Notes: generated from the letters alone by a model not told the origin. A DNA stretch of 64,000 nucleotides from an uncultured Gemmatimonadota bacterium (GCA_951812955.1 OX638340.1:2368001-2432000); one strand, 5' to 3'. Positions 19,099 to 29,773 are shown, counted from the stretch's first letter. A program made the numbers and translations.

Positions 19099-19770
19099 CT
19101 AAGCAATAGACGTAAGAAAACTGCGCACATCACCCAGAACGGGATGATCCAGATCCCAGTAACCGTTCTTCGCCGCCACACCTACGGATACGTGAGGGTC
19201 CGGCTTTGTAGCCAAGTATGCGTGGGCACGGGCTTTATATGGTCTGTCTACGGACAGGCCAGGTATCGCTTTGACACAATTTAAAAAGTCGTCGATACAC
19301 TGATCCTCTGGTTTGTCTTTGAAACTTTCGCATAGAAGTGTCTCCAGCATACCCGGACGATTGTCGCCAGGCAAAATCAACACCGTCACTTTCGGACTGG
19401 TATCGGTAGGAAAACCAGGTTGCGCAGGTAAAGGTAAATCTGCATTTTCCAAGGACGATCTAACACTTTGGAACGCACTCACGGCGCATGTCTCCGCATC
19501 GCGAACGATGCCGATACTTCGCACGTTTGATTCGAAACCCGACGATGCCACGATGGCACTAAGGAACCCGCGGAGTCCAGTCACGCCACCAAAATCGTGA
19601 ATCTGGATATCCACTTGTTCTAGAGACAAGTGCTCAATGAACGCTTCGAAAAAGTTAAACTCGTCCCTGCCCTCCACAAGAAGCTGGGTTTCCGATTCGA
19701 TTTGTATTCGCGCCATATTAACGAACATCCAGGCCGTGTTGAACGGCAGCGTCGATGGACTCGTGCTCAT
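19099..19770 (-). CDS. small TOPRIM-like protein (RloB/DUF4276-like) partner of the upstream ATPase
   Basis: An N-terminal LLVEGRDEFNFFEAF (EGxxE) motif, followed by IGIVRDAE and VLILPGDN acidic motifs, as in the TOPRIM-like partners of OLD/AbiL-type ATPases. The start is ambiguous: M1 gives a 53-bp overlap with the ATPase gene, and M19 lies 1 nt after the ATPase stop. Confidence 0.55.
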   Translation of the reverse strand: MSTSPSTLPFNTAWMFVNMARIQIESETQLLVEGRDEFNFFEAFIEHLSLEQVDIQIHDFGGVTGLRGFLSAIVASSGFESNVRSIGIVRDAETCAVSAFQSVRSSLENADLPLPAQPGFPTDTSPKVTVLILPGDNRPGMLETLLCESFKDKPEDQCIDDFLNCVKAIPGLSVDRPYKARAHAYLATKPDPHVSVGVAAKNGYWDLDHPVLGDVRSFLTSIA

Positions 19771-20755
19771 AGGTAACGCAACGAATCATTTCCTCTACGT
19801 ATTCGAGCCTGTGCAGACTGAACCTATCGGCACTCAATGCTTCATGGGCCGCCTCCACGCATTCTTGGCTGTGAGTGGTCGCAAATACCTGTACGTGGAA
19901 AAGTTTGGCCGCTTCATCTACCGCTCGCCAGACGTCAGCAAGAACGGAGTGATGAAGGCCGTTTTCGATCTCGTCCACGAGTACGAGACCATTCGGCGTG
20001 GTGCCTATGGCAAGGACGAAGCGAGCGATTTGTGTCATGCCTTCACCCATAGATGGCAGAGGTATTAGTTCGCTCAACCCGATGTCGCCCCATATCATGG
20101 GCGAACCGTTTGAGTAAATGACTTCGATGCTTTCCAGTCTAGGTTCAACGGCTTTCATCGCACTTAAAAGTATATCTCCCCGCTTGTGCCTTCTCAGGTT
20201 TGCAAGTCTGGACGCATCATCGTGCAGGCTCCTTTTTAATCGCGGAAGGAGAATGATCGCCGGAAATTGAAAGCCATGAGTTGGTTGCTCTATTTCAAAC
20301 TTATCCCCTCTAATGTGAATGTGACTGTCGGTACCAACACCTGAATTATCGAAATACGTGAAGGTCAACGTACAATCATCAGAATAATCCATTCCCGGGC
20401 GATCTAAGGGAACTTCGGTTTGGGGCTGCCACGACGACGAAATCTGTAATTCCATTTCACCATACGTTGAATGTGTTCCTGCTATCTCGATGGTACTCCC
20501 CGTATCCAACCTGTTAAAAAGCTGATCCCAGACATTCCATCCCGATTCACCGAGGGTTCCTTGTTCCAGACCACGGACGACATGAGGATCTGATGCCATT
20601 CGCGCATTTCCAGCGCTTCCCAGCAGGAATACAGCCTCGAGCAAACTGGTCTTCCCCGAGTTGTTCTTGCCAGCAATGAGATTGATATCGCTCAGGCGGT
20701 TAACTTCGAGTCTGTTGAAGCAGCGGAAACCATGTATCCGCAAGCTTTCTATCAT
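19718..20755 (-). CDS. AAA_21/ABC-type ATPase, OLD-family-like (candidate defence ATPase)
   Basis: Walker A GKNNSGKTS, a signature-like SMGEGM, Walker B LVLVDEIENGLH and an H-loop TTHS. 345 aa. The gene sits in a roughly 42% GC islet. Confidence 0.75.
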   Translation of the reverse strand: MIESLRIHGFRCFNRLEVNRLSDINLIAGKNNSGKTSLLEAVFLLGSAGNARMASDPHVVRGLEQGTLGESGWNVWDQLFNRLDTGSTIEIAGTHSTYGEMELQISSSWQPQTEVPLDRPGMDYSDDCTLTFTYFDNSGVGTDSHIHIRGDKFEIEQPTHGFQFPAIILLPRLKRSLHDDASRLANLRRHKRGDILLSAMKAVEPRLESIEVIYSNGSPMIWGDIGLSELIPLPSMGEGMTQIARFVLAIGTTPNGLVLVDEIENGLHHSVLADVWRAVDEAAKLFHVQVFATTHSQECVEAAHEALSADRFSLHRLEYVEEMIRCVTYEHESIDAAVQHGLDVR

Positions 20756-20980
20756 TATGATTACTCCATCTGCATCAGATGTTCCGATCCGTTCGGGGAA
20801 AACAGGGACTCCTTTAAAAGATCTCTTGTAACATACATAGTACCGGATTCGCTAGAAAAACCAAATCTTTCCTGGACTATTCTACTCTGTACTGAATACC
20901 CGACTTCGCAGCGCACTTTCAGCGTCTGGAAGTGGGATCAGGCAAGGTAAGTCACGATCTTCCAGACGCCATTTCCGGCT

Positions 20981-22306
20981 TCAATCCACCAGCGCCTGGT
21001 AGATAAGCGCCCGAATGCGTTGGTGGTCGTCGAGACCCTGGGCCGGGATGACCTGCGTCATGTACGAAACCACCAGTTCTTCCGCCGGATCGACCCAATA
21101 CGTGGAGTGATACGCCCCGCCCCAGGTGTACGTCCCCGGTGAACCCGGCAACCCGCTCCAGCCGATCTCCTCCGTGATGCCGAACCCCAGGCCGAAACCG
21201 CCGCCGTCTCCCTGCCACGCGTCGTGGACGTGATCGACAGTCATGAGTTCCACGGTCTTGGGCGACAGGATTCGCACTCCGTCCAGCGTGCCCCCGCGGC
21301 GCAACGCCTCGAGGAATCGGGCATAATCTCCCGGTGTGGAGACGAGTCCCGCGCCGCCCGAGAAGCTCTTGCGCGGTCCTTCCAGATACATGCCCTGCCC
21401 GACCATGTGGCCCGGGTCGGGCGCACGCGCCATCCCATTTTCCTCCGTCACCGAGTAAACGACGGTGAGGCGGTCCGCTTTCTCAGGTGGCACGTAGAAG
21501 TGCGTATCCACCATGCCCAGCGGCTCGATAATCTCGACCCGCAGAAATTCGTCCAGCGACATCCCGGAAGCCCGCTCGATCACCACGCCCAGGATATCCG
21601 TGGCGTAGCCGTATACAAACTTCTCGCCCGGATGAGCATCCATGGGCAGATTCCCCATGCGCTCCACGGTATCGGCAATTGGTTCGTCGCGATCGGCGAA
21701 ATACCAGCCCTCTATGCCGGCCTCCTCCCAGCGCTCGGTGCCGGGGCCCCAGCCATACCCGATTCCGGCGGTGTGCGTAAGCAGGTCGCGCACCGTGATC
21801 TTGCGATCGGCGGGAACTGTCTCGAATCCCCCATCCTCATTGCTCACGGCGACGGTCGTACTGTCGAACTCGGGGATAAAGTCACCCAGGTCCTGGTCGA
21901 TCAGCAGGCGTCCTTTCTCCTGCAGTATCATCACACCCACCGAAATAACCGCCTTGGTCTGCGAAGCGATGCGGAAAAGGTCCGTAACCTCGAGCGGTTC
22001 CCCCGCCTCGCGGTCTCGATAGCCGAAGGCCCTGGCGTAAACCACATGCCCGCGCCGTCCGATCACGAGCGCGGCGCCCGGCAGCCGTTCTTCCTTGACG
22101 TACGCTTCAAGCGCCGCGTCGATGCGGGCAAGCCGTTCGGAAGAAACGCCCGCCTCCTCGGGGCTGGCCGGGGCGAAAGTCTGAGCAAAAGCCCGCGCCG
22201 CGTCGTGCGCGCAGAAGAGCAACGCCGCGAGCAGGGGAAGCAGCGGAAGCCGGTTGCGAAAGCGTCGTATTGACGACGAGGGTTTAACAGAACTCCACGT
22301 TAACAT
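20981..22306 (-). CDS. secreted serine hydrolase (beta-lactamase/PBP4-like, class C family)
   Basis: Signal peptide. ASQTK (SxxK) active-site motif and YGY/HTAG motifs downstream. Confidence 0.8.
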   Translation of the reverse strand: MLTWSSVKPSSSIRRFRNRLPLLPLLAALLFCAHDAARAFAQTFAPASPEEAGVSSERLARIDAALEAYVKEERLPGAALVIGRRGHVVYARAFGYRDREAGEPLEVTDLFRIASQTKAVISVGVMILQEKGRLLIDQDLGDFIPEFDSTTVAVSNEDGGFETVPADRKITVRDLLTHTAGIGYGWGPGTERWEEAGIEGWYFADRDEPIADTVERMGNLPMDAHPGEKFVYGYATDILGVVIERASGMSLDEFLRVEIIEPLGMVDTHFYVPPEKADRLTVVYSVTEENGMARAPDPGHMVGQGMYLEGPRKSFSGGAGLVSTPGDYARFLEALRRGGTLDGVRILSPKTVELMTVDHVHDAWQGDGGGFGLGFGITEEIGWSGLPGSPGTYTWGGAYHSTYWVDPAEELVVSYMTQVIPAQGLDDHQRIRALIYQALVD

Positions 22307-22421
22307 GACAATTAAATCCCTTCTCCACCTTGGTCATCGAAAGCGTCGCGTTCTCGAATGTCATCGTATACCACCATGATAAATACGTTCGCCGACAGTA
22401 AATAGTTGTTTCTTGTCCCTT

Positions 22422-22500
22422 TCCTGGCCTGCCGCCTGCTATACCTGGCCTGCAGCCTCGACTGCTATTCCTGCCCTGCCACCTGCTATTCCTGGCCGGA
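22422..22500. repeat. about four tandem copies of a roughly 19-bp unit (CCTGSCCTGCMRCCTGCTATW)
   Basis: Intergenic, between the hydrolase start and the Fic gene end. Confidence 0.4.
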
Positions 22501-23433
22501 ACTGCCCAATCTTTGATCCGTAGGTGTGCTTCGAGGCCGATCCTGTCCCCGGTTATCGAATGCCCTCCCGATCTTCCAGACCCCTTTCTCACGAAATGCG
22601 GGAATGGACTGCCGGCGGGCGGCGTTGGTTACGGCGGGCGCCGACAGGCCGTTCTGCCTGATGTAGTCCGAAAGCCGGATAATTTCTGCGCCTTTCAAGT
22701 AGCTCAACCACTTGTGCAGTGATTCCATTAGTCCAAGGAATACGATATTTTCCATAGCCTTAGTCGATGCGTTATCGCCATATTCCCTGAACGCCTGGTA
22801 GTACCTTTCCTTTTCGGAATTTCGAATGATGATACGCGGCAGACCGAGTTGCAGAAGCTGGAAATTCATGATGACCCGTCCCAGTCTGCCGTTTCCGTCA
22901 CAGAAGGGATGTATATATTCGAAAGCCAGATGAAAAAGTGCGATCTTATCCAGAAAGTAGGAATCCAGGTCGCTGACATAGTCGATCAGGAGATTGTCCA
23001 TCATGCGTTCCACGTGCTCGGGCTCGGGCGCAATATGCGTGCCCACTCGCACGTATTCGCCTTTCTGTCGGAATCGTCCGGCGATGGAATCATCGATGCC
23101 GCCAATCAGCATCTGATGGAATCCCAGGATAAGGGTCTCACTCAACTCGCTGTCTTTCGCCCTGCTACGTTTGTATTCCATGACCCGGGCAAGGTTCTTC
23201 GCCTCGTAGACTTCACGGATGGATACGTTGCGGGAGAGCATCTGTTCCAACAGGATCCGCTCTGTTTCTTCGAGCGACAGCGTGGAATTCTCGATGGCGT
23301 TCGAGTTGTATACGCCCTCGGGTATCTCAACCTCGTCGATCATGGACAAGAGCGAGTCCTTGCCCATTCGCAAGATGTCGAATTCACGCTTCAGCGATCG
23401 TATGCGGTTTTTCATTGGTCGTGTAGAGGGCAT
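22486..23433 (-). CDS. Fic-family protein (AMPylase/Doc fold)
   Basis: Canonical HPFCDGNGRLGR Fic motif with NSNAIENSTL upstream. The start is taken at MPSTRP, immediately downstream of an AT-rich promoter region. Confidence 0.8.
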   Translation of the reverse strand: MPSTRPMKNRIRSLKREFDILRMGKDSLLSMIDEVEIPEGVYNSNAIENSTLSLEETERILLEQMLSRNVSIREVYEAKNLARVMEYKRSRAKDSELSETLILGFHQMLIGGIDDSIAGRFRQKGEYVRVGTHIAPEPEHVERMMDNLLIDYVSDLDSYFLDKIALFHLAFEYIHPFCDGNGRLGRVIMNFQLLQLGLPRIIIRNSEKERYYQAFREYGDNASTKAMENIVFLGLMESLHKWLSYLKGAEIIRLSDYIRQNGLSAPAVTNAARRQSIPAFREKGVWKIGRAFDNRGQDRPRSTPTDQRLGSSGQE

Positions 23434-23596
23434 ATAAGTTAAATTAGTATATTCACTTATTATTGTCAAAATAATGTGAATAATCTCGTACATATCGTTA
23501 TCATTAACTAATTTATTAGCAATATAGGTTAACATACTCCCAATCCTCCCGACCCGAGGCCCCGGGGGGATTTCCACCGGAGCGGAGGGCCATCCC

Positions 23597-23654
23597 CGGG
23601 GCATCCTCGAGGCCCTCCAAAGCGCCATCACTGGGGCATCCTCGAGGCCCTCCC
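23597..23654. repeat. 22-bp direct repeat GGGGCATCCTCGAGGCCCTCC x2 in the divergent Fic/GNAT intergenic region
   Basis: Two identical copies 14 bp apart. A CRTGTTAAWCAR repeat also occurs at about 23700-23730. Confidence 0.4.
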
Positions 23655-23769
23655 AGGCCGGGCTCCTCTCAATCCGATCCCGGTTCCATGCATCCAGCCG
23701 CGTGTTAAATCAGCCGCATGTTAATCAAGTAACCCGACAAAAAAGGCCATCCACCCAGGACCCGTTTCC

Positions 23770-24774
23770 ATGAAGATCATCACCCTCGAAATCGACCAGG
23801 CGGCTGCTCTGGCGGACTTCTACAACGAGCAATTCGCGGCCATGCCGTATTGCTATCCCGTCACGGAAGATGAATTCGAAACCGGTGTCTGGTGGCATGA
23901 GGAGCGGGACGGCGAGCCGTACGAAGACCTGTCGGACGAGTCGTTTCTAGTGGTGGAAGACGACGGCAATGTCGCGGGTTTTGCCCACGTGGCCGTCTGC
24001 CGCAAGGGCGAGGAGGACCACCGCATCGGCCTCCATCCGATCGAGGAGCTGTTGAAGGACCGGATCGGCCTTATCCGCTTTTTTCACTACCGGGCCGGTG
24101 CGCGGCCGGCAGGCCAGGCGCTCCTGGAAGCGGCGGAGGCCCACTTGCGAAGCTTCGGCATCGACCAGATTCGCGCCTTCAGTTACTTCGGATACCGGTT
24201 CTACCGCTTCTGTCACGCGTTCCAGTCCGACCGGATGGGCCACGTGGGCGCGCTGCTCAGTATGAACGACTACCGCATAACCCGGGGTATCATCCTCCTC
24301 GAGCTCCCGGACTTTGACGTACCGGATCCCGTATTGCCGGACGCCGGTGTGACCACGTGCTTCGAAATTCAGGCCGGGCGCGGCAGGCTGCCCAACATGG
24401 CATTCCAGCTTTTCCGCGGAGATCAGTGCATTGGCCAGGGATTCGCCCAGTCGCTAGGGGATTTCTGCCGGTCGTCCCAGGCGCAGGAAACCTTCTACAT
24501 ACCCTGGTTCTCCATCGAAGGAAGTCCGGTGGGAGGGCGCGTCAGCGAGGGGGAGCAGGGCAAGGGATTCGGACGGTACATGATGGAGGTCCTGCTGCGG
24601 GAGATGCGCCAGCTCGGTTACCGCCACGCCACCACCCAGGCGAACACGGGCAGTCCCCGGCCCATTCTTCTGTACACGAATATGGGATACGAGGTAGTGG
24701 ACACCAACTACCAGTATTTCAAGGACCTGGAGAAGGAAATCCCGCTGGAGGTTTTTAAAGAGGTCGGGTTTTAG
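23770..24774 (+). CDS. GNAT-family N-acetyltransferase-like protein (two-lobed)
   Basis: C-terminal [13 protein letters not shown]...GY acetyl-CoA-binding-like motif. 334 aa. Confidence 0.5.
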   Translation: MKIITLEIDQAAALADFYNEQFAAMPYCYPVTEDEFETGVWWHEERDGEPYEDLSDESFLVVEDDGNVAGFAHVAVCRKGEEDHRIGLHPIEELLKDRIGLIRFFHYRAGARPAGQALLEAAEAHLRSFGIDQIRAFSYFGYRFYRFCHAFQSDRMGHVGALLSMNDYRITRGIILLELPDFDVPDPVLPDAGVTTCFEIQAGRGRLPNMAFQLFRGDQCIGQGFAQSLGDFCRSSQAQETFYIPWFSIEGSPVGGRVSEGEQGKGFGRYMMEVLLREMRQLGYRHATTQANTGSPRPILLYTNMGYEVVDTNYQYFKDLEKEIPLEVFKEVGF

Positions 24775-26780
24775 GAGGCCGCGACCAACGCCTTCGCCTT
24801 TTCGACGATATTCCCGGCAGTGAAGCCTAGGTTCTCGAACACGACCTCGTAAGGGGCCGAGGCGCCGAAACGTTCCAGGCCGATGACGTCGCCCCGCTGC
24901 CCCACGTACCGCTCCCAGCCCAGTGTTACGCCGGGTTCGATAGCCAGGCGCGCGGTGACCGACGCCGGAAGTACGGACTCCCGGTATTCCCCGGTCTGCG
25001 CTTCGAACAGCTCCCAACTCGGCATGCTGACGACGCGCGCGGAGATGCCTTCACCGGCCAGCGCGTCCCGGGCCTCGAGGGCCAGGCAGACTTCCGAACC
25101 CGAGGCGATGAGGATCAGATCCGGATGCCCGTCGGCATCGGCGAGGACATAGGCGCCCATGTGGAGGCCGTCGGCGGGCGCGAGCTCCGCACGGTCCAGC
25201 ACGGGGAGTTTCTGGCGGGTCAGCGCCAGGGCGACGGGGCCGTCCTTGCGCCGAAGCGCCGCGACCCACGCTTCCGATGTCTCTGCCGCGTCGGCGGGCC
25301 GGATGAGGGTCAGGTTGGGAATCGCCCGTAGCGACATGTAGTGCTCGATGGGCTGGTGGGTCGGACCATCCTCGCCAAGTCCCACGCTGTCGTGGGTGAA
25401 TGCGTAGACCGGCGCGATGCCCATCAGCGCAGCCAGGCGGATGGACGGCCGCATGTAGTCCGAGAACACGAGAAATGTGCCGGCATAAGGTCGCAGACCC
25501 CCGTGGAGCGTCATTCCGTTCAGCGCGGCGGCCATGGCGTGTTCGCGTACGCCGAAGTGAAGGTTCCGCCCACCGTAGTTGCCGGCGGCGTAATTTGTTT
25601 CGGCTTCCACCATGGTGTTGTTGGACCCTGCCAGGTCCGCCGAACCGCCCAGCAATCCGGGAATACGTTGGGACAGGGCGTTGATGGTCACGCCGGACGC
25701 CTGCCGCGTGGCCATGGGTCCCTGGTCGGACGAAAAGGACGGCAGATTCTCGTCCCATCCGGCCGGCAGTTCGCCGTCCATGGCCTGCTTCCAGCTCTCC
25801 GCCAGGTCCGGAAAAGCGGCCGCGTAGGCATCGAAGGCCTGGTGCCAGGCCAGTTCCCACCCCTTGCCGTACAATGGCATCTGCTGGAAGTATGCCCGCA
25901 CTTCGTCGGGTACGAGGAACTTCGGTTCCAGGGGCCAGCCCAGGTTCTGCTTGGTCAGTTCCACCTCGTCCTCGCCGAGGGGCTCGCCGTGGGCCTTGGA
26001 TGTCCCGGCCTTGTTGGGACTGCCGTAACCGATGACCGTGCGGCAAATAATGACCGAGGGACGGTCCGTCTCCTGCCGCGCCAGTTCCACCGCGGCTTCG
26101 ACCCGGGCGAGGTCATTGCCGTCCAGGACCCGCTGCACGTGCCATCCGTAGGCGTCGAACCGCAGGCCCGTGTTTTCTGAGAAGGCCAGGTCCGTACCGC
26201 CGTCGATCGTGATGCTGTTGTCCAGGTAGATGACGATCAGCCGGCCGAGTCCGAGGTGCCCGGCGAGGGAACAGGCCTCGGAGGCGACGCCCTCCATCAT
26301 GTCCCCGTCGCTCGCGATAACGTAGGTGAAGTGGTTGACGATTTCGTGGCCTGCGCGGTTGTACCGTGCTGCCAGATGGGCCTCGGCCATGGCCATGCCC
26401 ACGGCGTTCGAAATGCCCTGGCCGAGCGGACCCGTGGTGGTCTCCACGCCGGGCGTATCGCCGTATTCGGGATGGCCGGGCGTCTGGCTCTCCCATTGCC
26501 GGAAGTTCCTGATCTCATCGAGGGACAGGTCGTAGCCGGTGAGGTGCAGCATGGCGTAGAGCAGCATCGACCCGTGCCCACCGGAAAGCACGAAGCGGTC
26601 CCGGTTCGGCCAGTCGGGATTCTTCGGATTGTAGCGCATGAGACGCGTCCACAGCACGTAGGCGATGGGCGCGGCTTCCATGGGAAGGCCGGGATGGCCG
26701 CTGTTGGCCTGCTGAACGCCGTCCACGGCCAACATGCGGATGGTGTTGATGCATCGTTGCTCGAGATCGTTCGCTGACAC
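24771..26780 (-). CDS. tkt: transketolase
   Basis: N-terminal thiamine-diphosphate motif ANSGHPG..MEAAP, a GDG...N ThDP-binding region, and the pyrimidine and C-terminal domains. GTG start. 669 aa. Confidence 0.9.
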   Translation of the reverse strand: MSANDLEQRCINTIRMLAVDGVQQANSGHPGLPMEAAPIAYVLWTRLMRYNPKNPDWPNRDRFVLSGGHGSMLLYAMLHLTGYDLSLDEIRNFRQWESQTPGHPEYGDTPGVETTTGPLGQGISNAVGMAMAEAHLAARYNRAGHEIVNHFTYVIASDGDMMEGVASEACSLAGHLGLGRLIVIYLDNSITIDGGTDLAFSENTGLRFDAYGWHVQRVLDGNDLARVEAAVELARQETDRPSVIICRTVIGYGSPNKAGTSKAHGEPLGEDEVELTKQNLGWPLEPKFLVPDEVRAYFQQMPLYGKGWELAWHQAFDAYAAAFPDLAESWKQAMDGELPAGWDENLPSFSSDQGPMATRQASGVTINALSQRIPGLLGGSADLAGSNNTMVEAETNYAAGNYGGRNLHFGVREHAMAAALNGMTLHGGLRPYAGTFLVFSDYMRPSIRLAALMGIAPVYAFTHDSVGLGEDGPTHQPIEHYMSLRAIPNLTLIRPADAAETSEAWVAALRRKDGPVALALTRQKLPVLDRAELAPADGLHMGAYVLADADGHPDLILIASGSEVCLALEARDALAGEGISARVVSMPSWELFEAQTGEYRESVLPASVTARLAIEPGVTLGWERYVGQRGDVIGLERFGASAPYEVVFENLGFTAGNIVEKAKALVAAS

Positions 26781-26941
26781 GGTCTTTAGTCCTTTTCAGT
26801 TTGTCGTTCCGCCAGAAGTTGAAGTGGCGGATCACCTGTTGATGCTCGCGTTTGGCGGCCGGTCATTCAGCCCGGGTTCGCCATGGGGATTTGGCTTCGA
26901 TCAGGCTCGTTCCAACGCCCGCTAAGATACAACCCGGCCCT

Positions 26942-28480
26942 TCAACTGTCCATCATCATATCATACAGATCCTGCTGCCGTTTCATCGCTTCCCGGTAGC
27001 GGTCCCGGTTCGCCGGATCCGGTTCAAAGGTCTTTCCCATGGGGGCCGGCGCGGCGGACAGGTCTTCCAGCGCTCCGGAGGCCTCCAGCGCCAGCAGCGC
27101 GGCGCCGCGGCTCGAGGCCTCGGTCACGGCCGAGGCGGTGATGGGCCGCTCCAGTACGTCGGCCAGCATCTGCATCCAGACGGGCGACTGCAGCAGGCCG
27201 GCGCCCGACGCGACGATCTCGCCGGAGTCTCCCCAGATTGACCGCAACCGGCCATGGATGTTCGCGAAACAGTAGGCCGTGGCCTCCAGGCTGGCCCGCA
27301 TGACGTCAAGGGGCGTGGTGTGCAGCGTCATGCCGGTAATGGCCGCCCTCGCGGCGTCGTGCCAGCCCGGGCTGCGCTCACCCGCCCAGAATGGCAATAC
27401 CGTGAGGCCGTGGCTGTCCGGCGCCATCTCGCCCAGATCCTGCTCGACCCTTTGCTCGTCGGAGAGGCGCAACGTGTCGCGCATCCAGCCGTAGACGTTC
27501 CCGCCGTTGCTCAGGGCGCCGCCCATCAGGATCCTCCGGCGGTCCGACCGGTAACACCACAGGCCTTCGGGGATCGCGAACTCCGCGGCCCGCCTCATGA
27601 CCCGCATGGCGCCTGAAGTGCCCACCATCAGGGCGATACGATCCTCGTCCACGCATCCGCTGCCGATGTTGTTGCAGGCGCCGTCGCCAATGGCGGGATA
27701 CCAGGAAGCTCCGGCCAGGACCGGCCAGCGGGACGCGAATTCGTCCTTCAGCCCCCGGACCGGCTCGTCCACGTCGCACAAGGGCGTCAGTTGGGCCCGT
27801 TCCACCGGCAGCGCGGCCAGCGTCTCGTCGTCCCAGTCGCAGGTGTGCGCGTTGAACAACCCCGTGCCAGAAGCCATGGAAACGCTGCAGGCCGGCGCGC
27901 CGAACCATCTGAGGAAGAGGTATTCTCCGATGGACATCCAGCGTTCCACCCGGGCGAAACGACCGGGATCATTCCGGGCGATCCAGCATATCTTTGCAGG
28001 GAGGTAGGAGGCGTGAAGCACGCAGCCGGTACGCCTGTGCGTCGCGCCGATGTCGAAGCGCTCGGCCAGATCGGGGATAACGGACCGCGGCCGCGTATCG
28101 GCCCAGCTGATCAGCGGGGTCACGGCACGGCTTCCCTCCACGCCAACCACGTTGTGCCAGAAAGTGGTCATGGCCACGCCGTCGATCGCGGTATTGCCGC
28201 CCGCGGCGCAGAAGTCATCGAGCACCGAGCCCACCTCCGCCACCAGGCGGTCGGCGTCGATAAAGACCCCGCCGCCCGGCGTGGTCTCCATGCCGTAGGG
28301 TTTCTGAAAGACGGGCGACGCGATCCCCGCGGTCCGGTCGAACAGGATCGCCCGCACGGACGACGTGCCGATGTCGATGGCCAGTACGCGGGGCGGCTGA
28401 ATCGTGTCGCGGGGCATGGACGATGCCTGACTATCGGGTCGATGAGAAACAGCGTCCTGATGCTGCGCGGACTTATCCAT
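26942..28480 (-). CDS. FGGY-family carbohydrate kinase (xylulo-/gluconokinase-like)
   Basis: LAIDIGTSSVRA N-terminal FGGY motif and the C-terminal FGGY domain. The start is ambiguous between M at 28480 and M at 28417; the longer upstream ORF is unlikely to be coding. Confidence 0.75.
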   Translation of the reverse strand: MDKSAQHQDAVSHRPDSQASSMPRDTIQPPRVLAIDIGTSSVRAILFDRTAGIASPVFQKPYGMETTPGGGVFIDADRLVAEVGSVLDDFCAAGGNTAIDGVAMTTFWHNVVGVEGSRAVTPLISWADTRPRSVIPDLAERFDIGATHRRTGCVLHASYLPAKICWIARNDPGRFARVERWMSIGEYLFLRWFGAPACSVSMASGTGLFNAHTCDWDDETLAALPVERAQLTPLCDVDEPVRGLKDEFASRWPVLAGASWYPAIGDGACNNIGSGCVDEDRIALMVGTSGAMRVMRRAAEFAIPEGLWCYRSDRRRILMGGALSNGGNVYGWMRDTLRLSDEQRVEQDLGEMAPDSHGLTVLPFWAGERSPGWHDAARAAITGMTLHTTPLDVMRASLEATAYCFANIHGRLRSIWGDSGEIVASGAGLLQSPVWMQMLADVLERPITASAVTEASSRGAALLALEASGALEDLSAAPAPMGKTFEPDPANRDRYREAMKRQQDLYDMMMDS

Positions 28481-28676
28481 GGACAATGGACGCAGCGGAC
28501 GCGGATACGAGAGCGGGAAACGGCTGCAGGCGGTATTATATCGTAGGGCGGTTCGCGTTTCAAGCCAAAAGCTACAGACCAAGAAAGGATTGACAGCCGG
28601 ACCTCTGCCGCTTTTTTTAAAGCGGTCTACGTGCCATGTACAACCCAGGTATACTCGCGAGGAGAAGCAGCATAAG

Positions 28677-29702
28677 ATGTCTTCCAACCTGAAAGAAGTC
28701 GCCCGGGCCATGGTCGCTCCCGACAAGGGGATACTGGCGGCGGATGAAAGCAGCGAAACGATCAAGAACCGGTTCGACAGTATCGGACTGCCGTCGACAA
28801 CGGAGAACCGCCGCGCCTATCGCCACATGCTGTTCAGCACCGAAGGCATGGAGGAATTCATCAGCGGCGTCATCCTCTACGAAGAGACGCTGCGGCAGAA
28901 GGCTCTCGACGAGGCCGAAACTCCGTTTCCGAAGCTGTTGTCCGACAAGGGCGTGATTCCCGGGATCAAGGTAGATGCCGGGATCCATGACCTGGCCGGT
29001 TTTCCGGGAGAGAAAGTCACCGAGGGGCTCGACGGCCTGCGGGCGCGCCTGAAGCGATACGGCCGGCTAGGCGCCGCCTTTGCGAAGTGGCGAGCGGTCA
29101 TTACCGTGGGCAAGGGTATTCCTTCGGATGTCTGCATCGACGCGAACGCCCACGCGCTGGCGCGGTACGCCGCCCTGTGCCAGGAAAACGGCATCGTACC
29201 GATCGTCGAACCCGAGGTGCTGATGGAAGGCGACCACACCATTTATCGGTGCGACGAGGTGACCGGTGTCACGCTGCGGCACGTGTTCGAGGCCCTGGCC
29301 GTGCATGGTGTCAAGCTGGACGGGATCGTCCTGAAGCCCAGTATGGTCATCTCGGGCTCGGAATGTCCTGAACAGGCTTCCGTGGAGGAAGTCGCGCGCC
29401 GCACGGTGAATAACTTCCTGCGTAACGTTCCGCGGGATGTGCCCGGCATCGCCTTTCTTTCGGGCGGGCAGTCCTCGGAGACCGCCACGGCGCACCTGAA
29501 CGCCATGAACGCCATGTTCGGCGAACTGCCGTGGGAACTCAGCTTCTCCTACGGCCGCGCCCTGCAGGCGGCTCCGCTGCGAGCATGGGGTGGAGATTCC
29601 GCCAATTTCGAGGCGGGGCAGAAGGCTTTTTACCACCGTGCCATGTGCAACAGCTACGCGCGGACCGGCCAGTACAGCGCCGACATGGAAGACGCGGCCT
29701 AG
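28677..29702 (+). CDS. class I (Schiff-base, eukaryotic-type) fructose-bisphosphate aldolase
   Basis: ILAADES..T, LFST.G, GIKVD, LKPSMV (active-site Lys) and LSGGQS motifs. GAGGAG Shine-Dalgarno 10 nt upstream. 341 aa. Confidence 0.85.
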   Translation: MSSNLKEVARAMVAPDKGILAADESSETIKNRFDSIGLPSTTENRRAYRHMLFSTEGMEEFISGVILYEETLRQKALDEAETPFPKLLSDKGVIPGIKVDAGIHDLAGFPGEKVTEGLDGLRARLKRYGRLGAAFAKWRAVITVGKGIPSDVCIDANAHALARYAALCQENGIVPIVEPEVLMEGDHTIYRCDEVTGVTLRHVFEALAVHGVKLDGIVLKPSMVISGSECPEQASVEEVARRTVNNFLRNVPRDVPGIAFLSGGQSSETATAHLNAMNAMFGELPWELSFSYGRALQAAPLRAWGGDSANFEAGQKAFYHRAMCNSYARTGQYSADMEDAA

Positions 29703-29744
29703 CGTTTCGGCCAGTACAGCGCCGACATGGAAGACGCGGCCTAG
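29666..29744. repeat. 37-bp direct repeat (CGGCCAGTACAGCGCCGACATGGAAGACGCGGCCTAG x2, 5-bp spacer) duplicating the aldolase 3' end and stop codon
   Basis: Exact copies at 29666-29702 and 29708-29744. Confidence 0.6.
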
Positions 29745-29773
29745 CGGCCCAGCACGTAGCGACGACAGATCTG

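Noticed and set aside
20732-20950. 72-aa plus-strand ORF in the AT-rich region upstream of the defence ATPase
   Set aside because: It lies within the probable promoter region. It has no Shine-Dalgarno and a low-complexity, Cys/Tyr-odd composition.
26781-26941. Rho-independent terminator downstream of the FGGY kinase (CCGCCAG-N9-TGGCGG hairpin at about 26800-26821)
   Set aside because: The 6-bp stem is not followed by a T-tract on the transcribed minus strand, so it was not called.
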